Assembly: GCA_964199315.1 (NCBI GenBank) | Contig: OZ116707.1 | Span: 6,944,001 to 7,008,000, forward strand | From: Orbicella franksi | Lineage: Eukaryota | Length of the DNA: 64,000 nucleotides | Direction of reading: 5' to 3' | In this document: piece after piece, positions 63,281 to 64,000 of the stretch | Layout of the letters: each line of letters starts with the position of its first letter | Numbering within the stretch: the first letter of the stretch is position 1 | The notes under the pieces: model-generated | Databases searched by the model: none | Told to the model about the DNA's origin: nothing | What the model saw: only the letters and a program-made list of their open reading frames with translations | Position numbers and translations under genes: made by a program

Positions 63281-64000
63281 TGTTAATAGAGTGTATGTCC
63301 TAGTGTATGTAACATTGTGTCCGACCTTGCTATGATACAGATTTTTTCATTAGTTTGAGCCACAGGCTCAGTCTAGCTAACAACAATCCTGTTCAAGGTC
63401 CAAAGTCACATTTCTTAGTTTATCAAAGCTAAGGTCACACTCTTGGTGACTTTGTATTTCACTCCACATGGTGTGTCCTCGTGTTTCAAAGCGTTCGACA
63501 CAGCGACCAACGACTCCCAAGGAGAATCTCCCTTCCCTAAGTACCAAGGTTCTTGGCTGTTGTCTGCAGGCTCTAAACCTGCCCATCGCTGGTTCATGTA
63601 CACAGCTCATCATTCCACTCAAAAGAGCAGCCACTCTTCCATCATGTCACCCTGCCAAGCATACACATGTATCCAAATGCTCCCGTGGGTGCTTACCAGC
63701 AACAAACCAACCAAGGTGAAGGACACTACTGCTCTGGATGATTCCCTGGTGGATAGCTACGACAGTGATTCAACTGTCAGCATCCAGGGCAACAAGGATC
63801 CCATGTCCGTGGACCAGCCAGCTCACACTGTTAAGGACTTGTTAAGCACTACAGAAGGAGTTCTCATCCCTCCATCGCCCTTTGACCCTTTCATGCTTAA
63901 TTTTGCTCCAGAGAAGCCATATCTTTTATTGTCAAATGATTTTTGGGCATGCAATGTTGCTAAATTGCACTAAATTTTCATAAAAATGCAATATTTTACA

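Noticed and set aside
63443-63973. 176-aa ORF at the right edge
   Set aside because: No recognisable domain or splice context; may be a chance or partial frame.

Overview
AT-rich eukaryotic (animal) DNA with GT-AG introns. I found no ordinary host gene; nearly the whole window is a nest of transposable elements. The repeat families look like those of stony corals/cnidarians, which is an inference from memory. In order: a spliced, decayed gene joining a ParB-like domain to a DNA N4/N6-methyltransferase-like fold (runs off the left edge); MITEs; a CACTA/EnSpm element with a divergent BEN-domain gene; an apparently intact spliced Transib/RAG1-like transposase with a convergent non-RAG2 partner fragment; a Helitron fragment (PIF1 helicase, RPA-like, CCHC gene); a LINE 3' end; two Penelope-like GIY-YIG ends, one with a 306-bp fold-back and a hammerhead ribozyme; an ISL2EU-type element (YqaJ-PHD-Ulp1 gene plus DDE transposase) split by a complete TTAA-flanked Kolobok whose transposase starts with an MBD-like motif; a complete piggyBac; a Helentron fragment interrupted by a full-length Gypsy element with TSD; a ~179-bp tandem array; and Harbinger, second Transib-like, THAP and other remnants. 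All family calls come from motif recognition by eye; no database searches were run.
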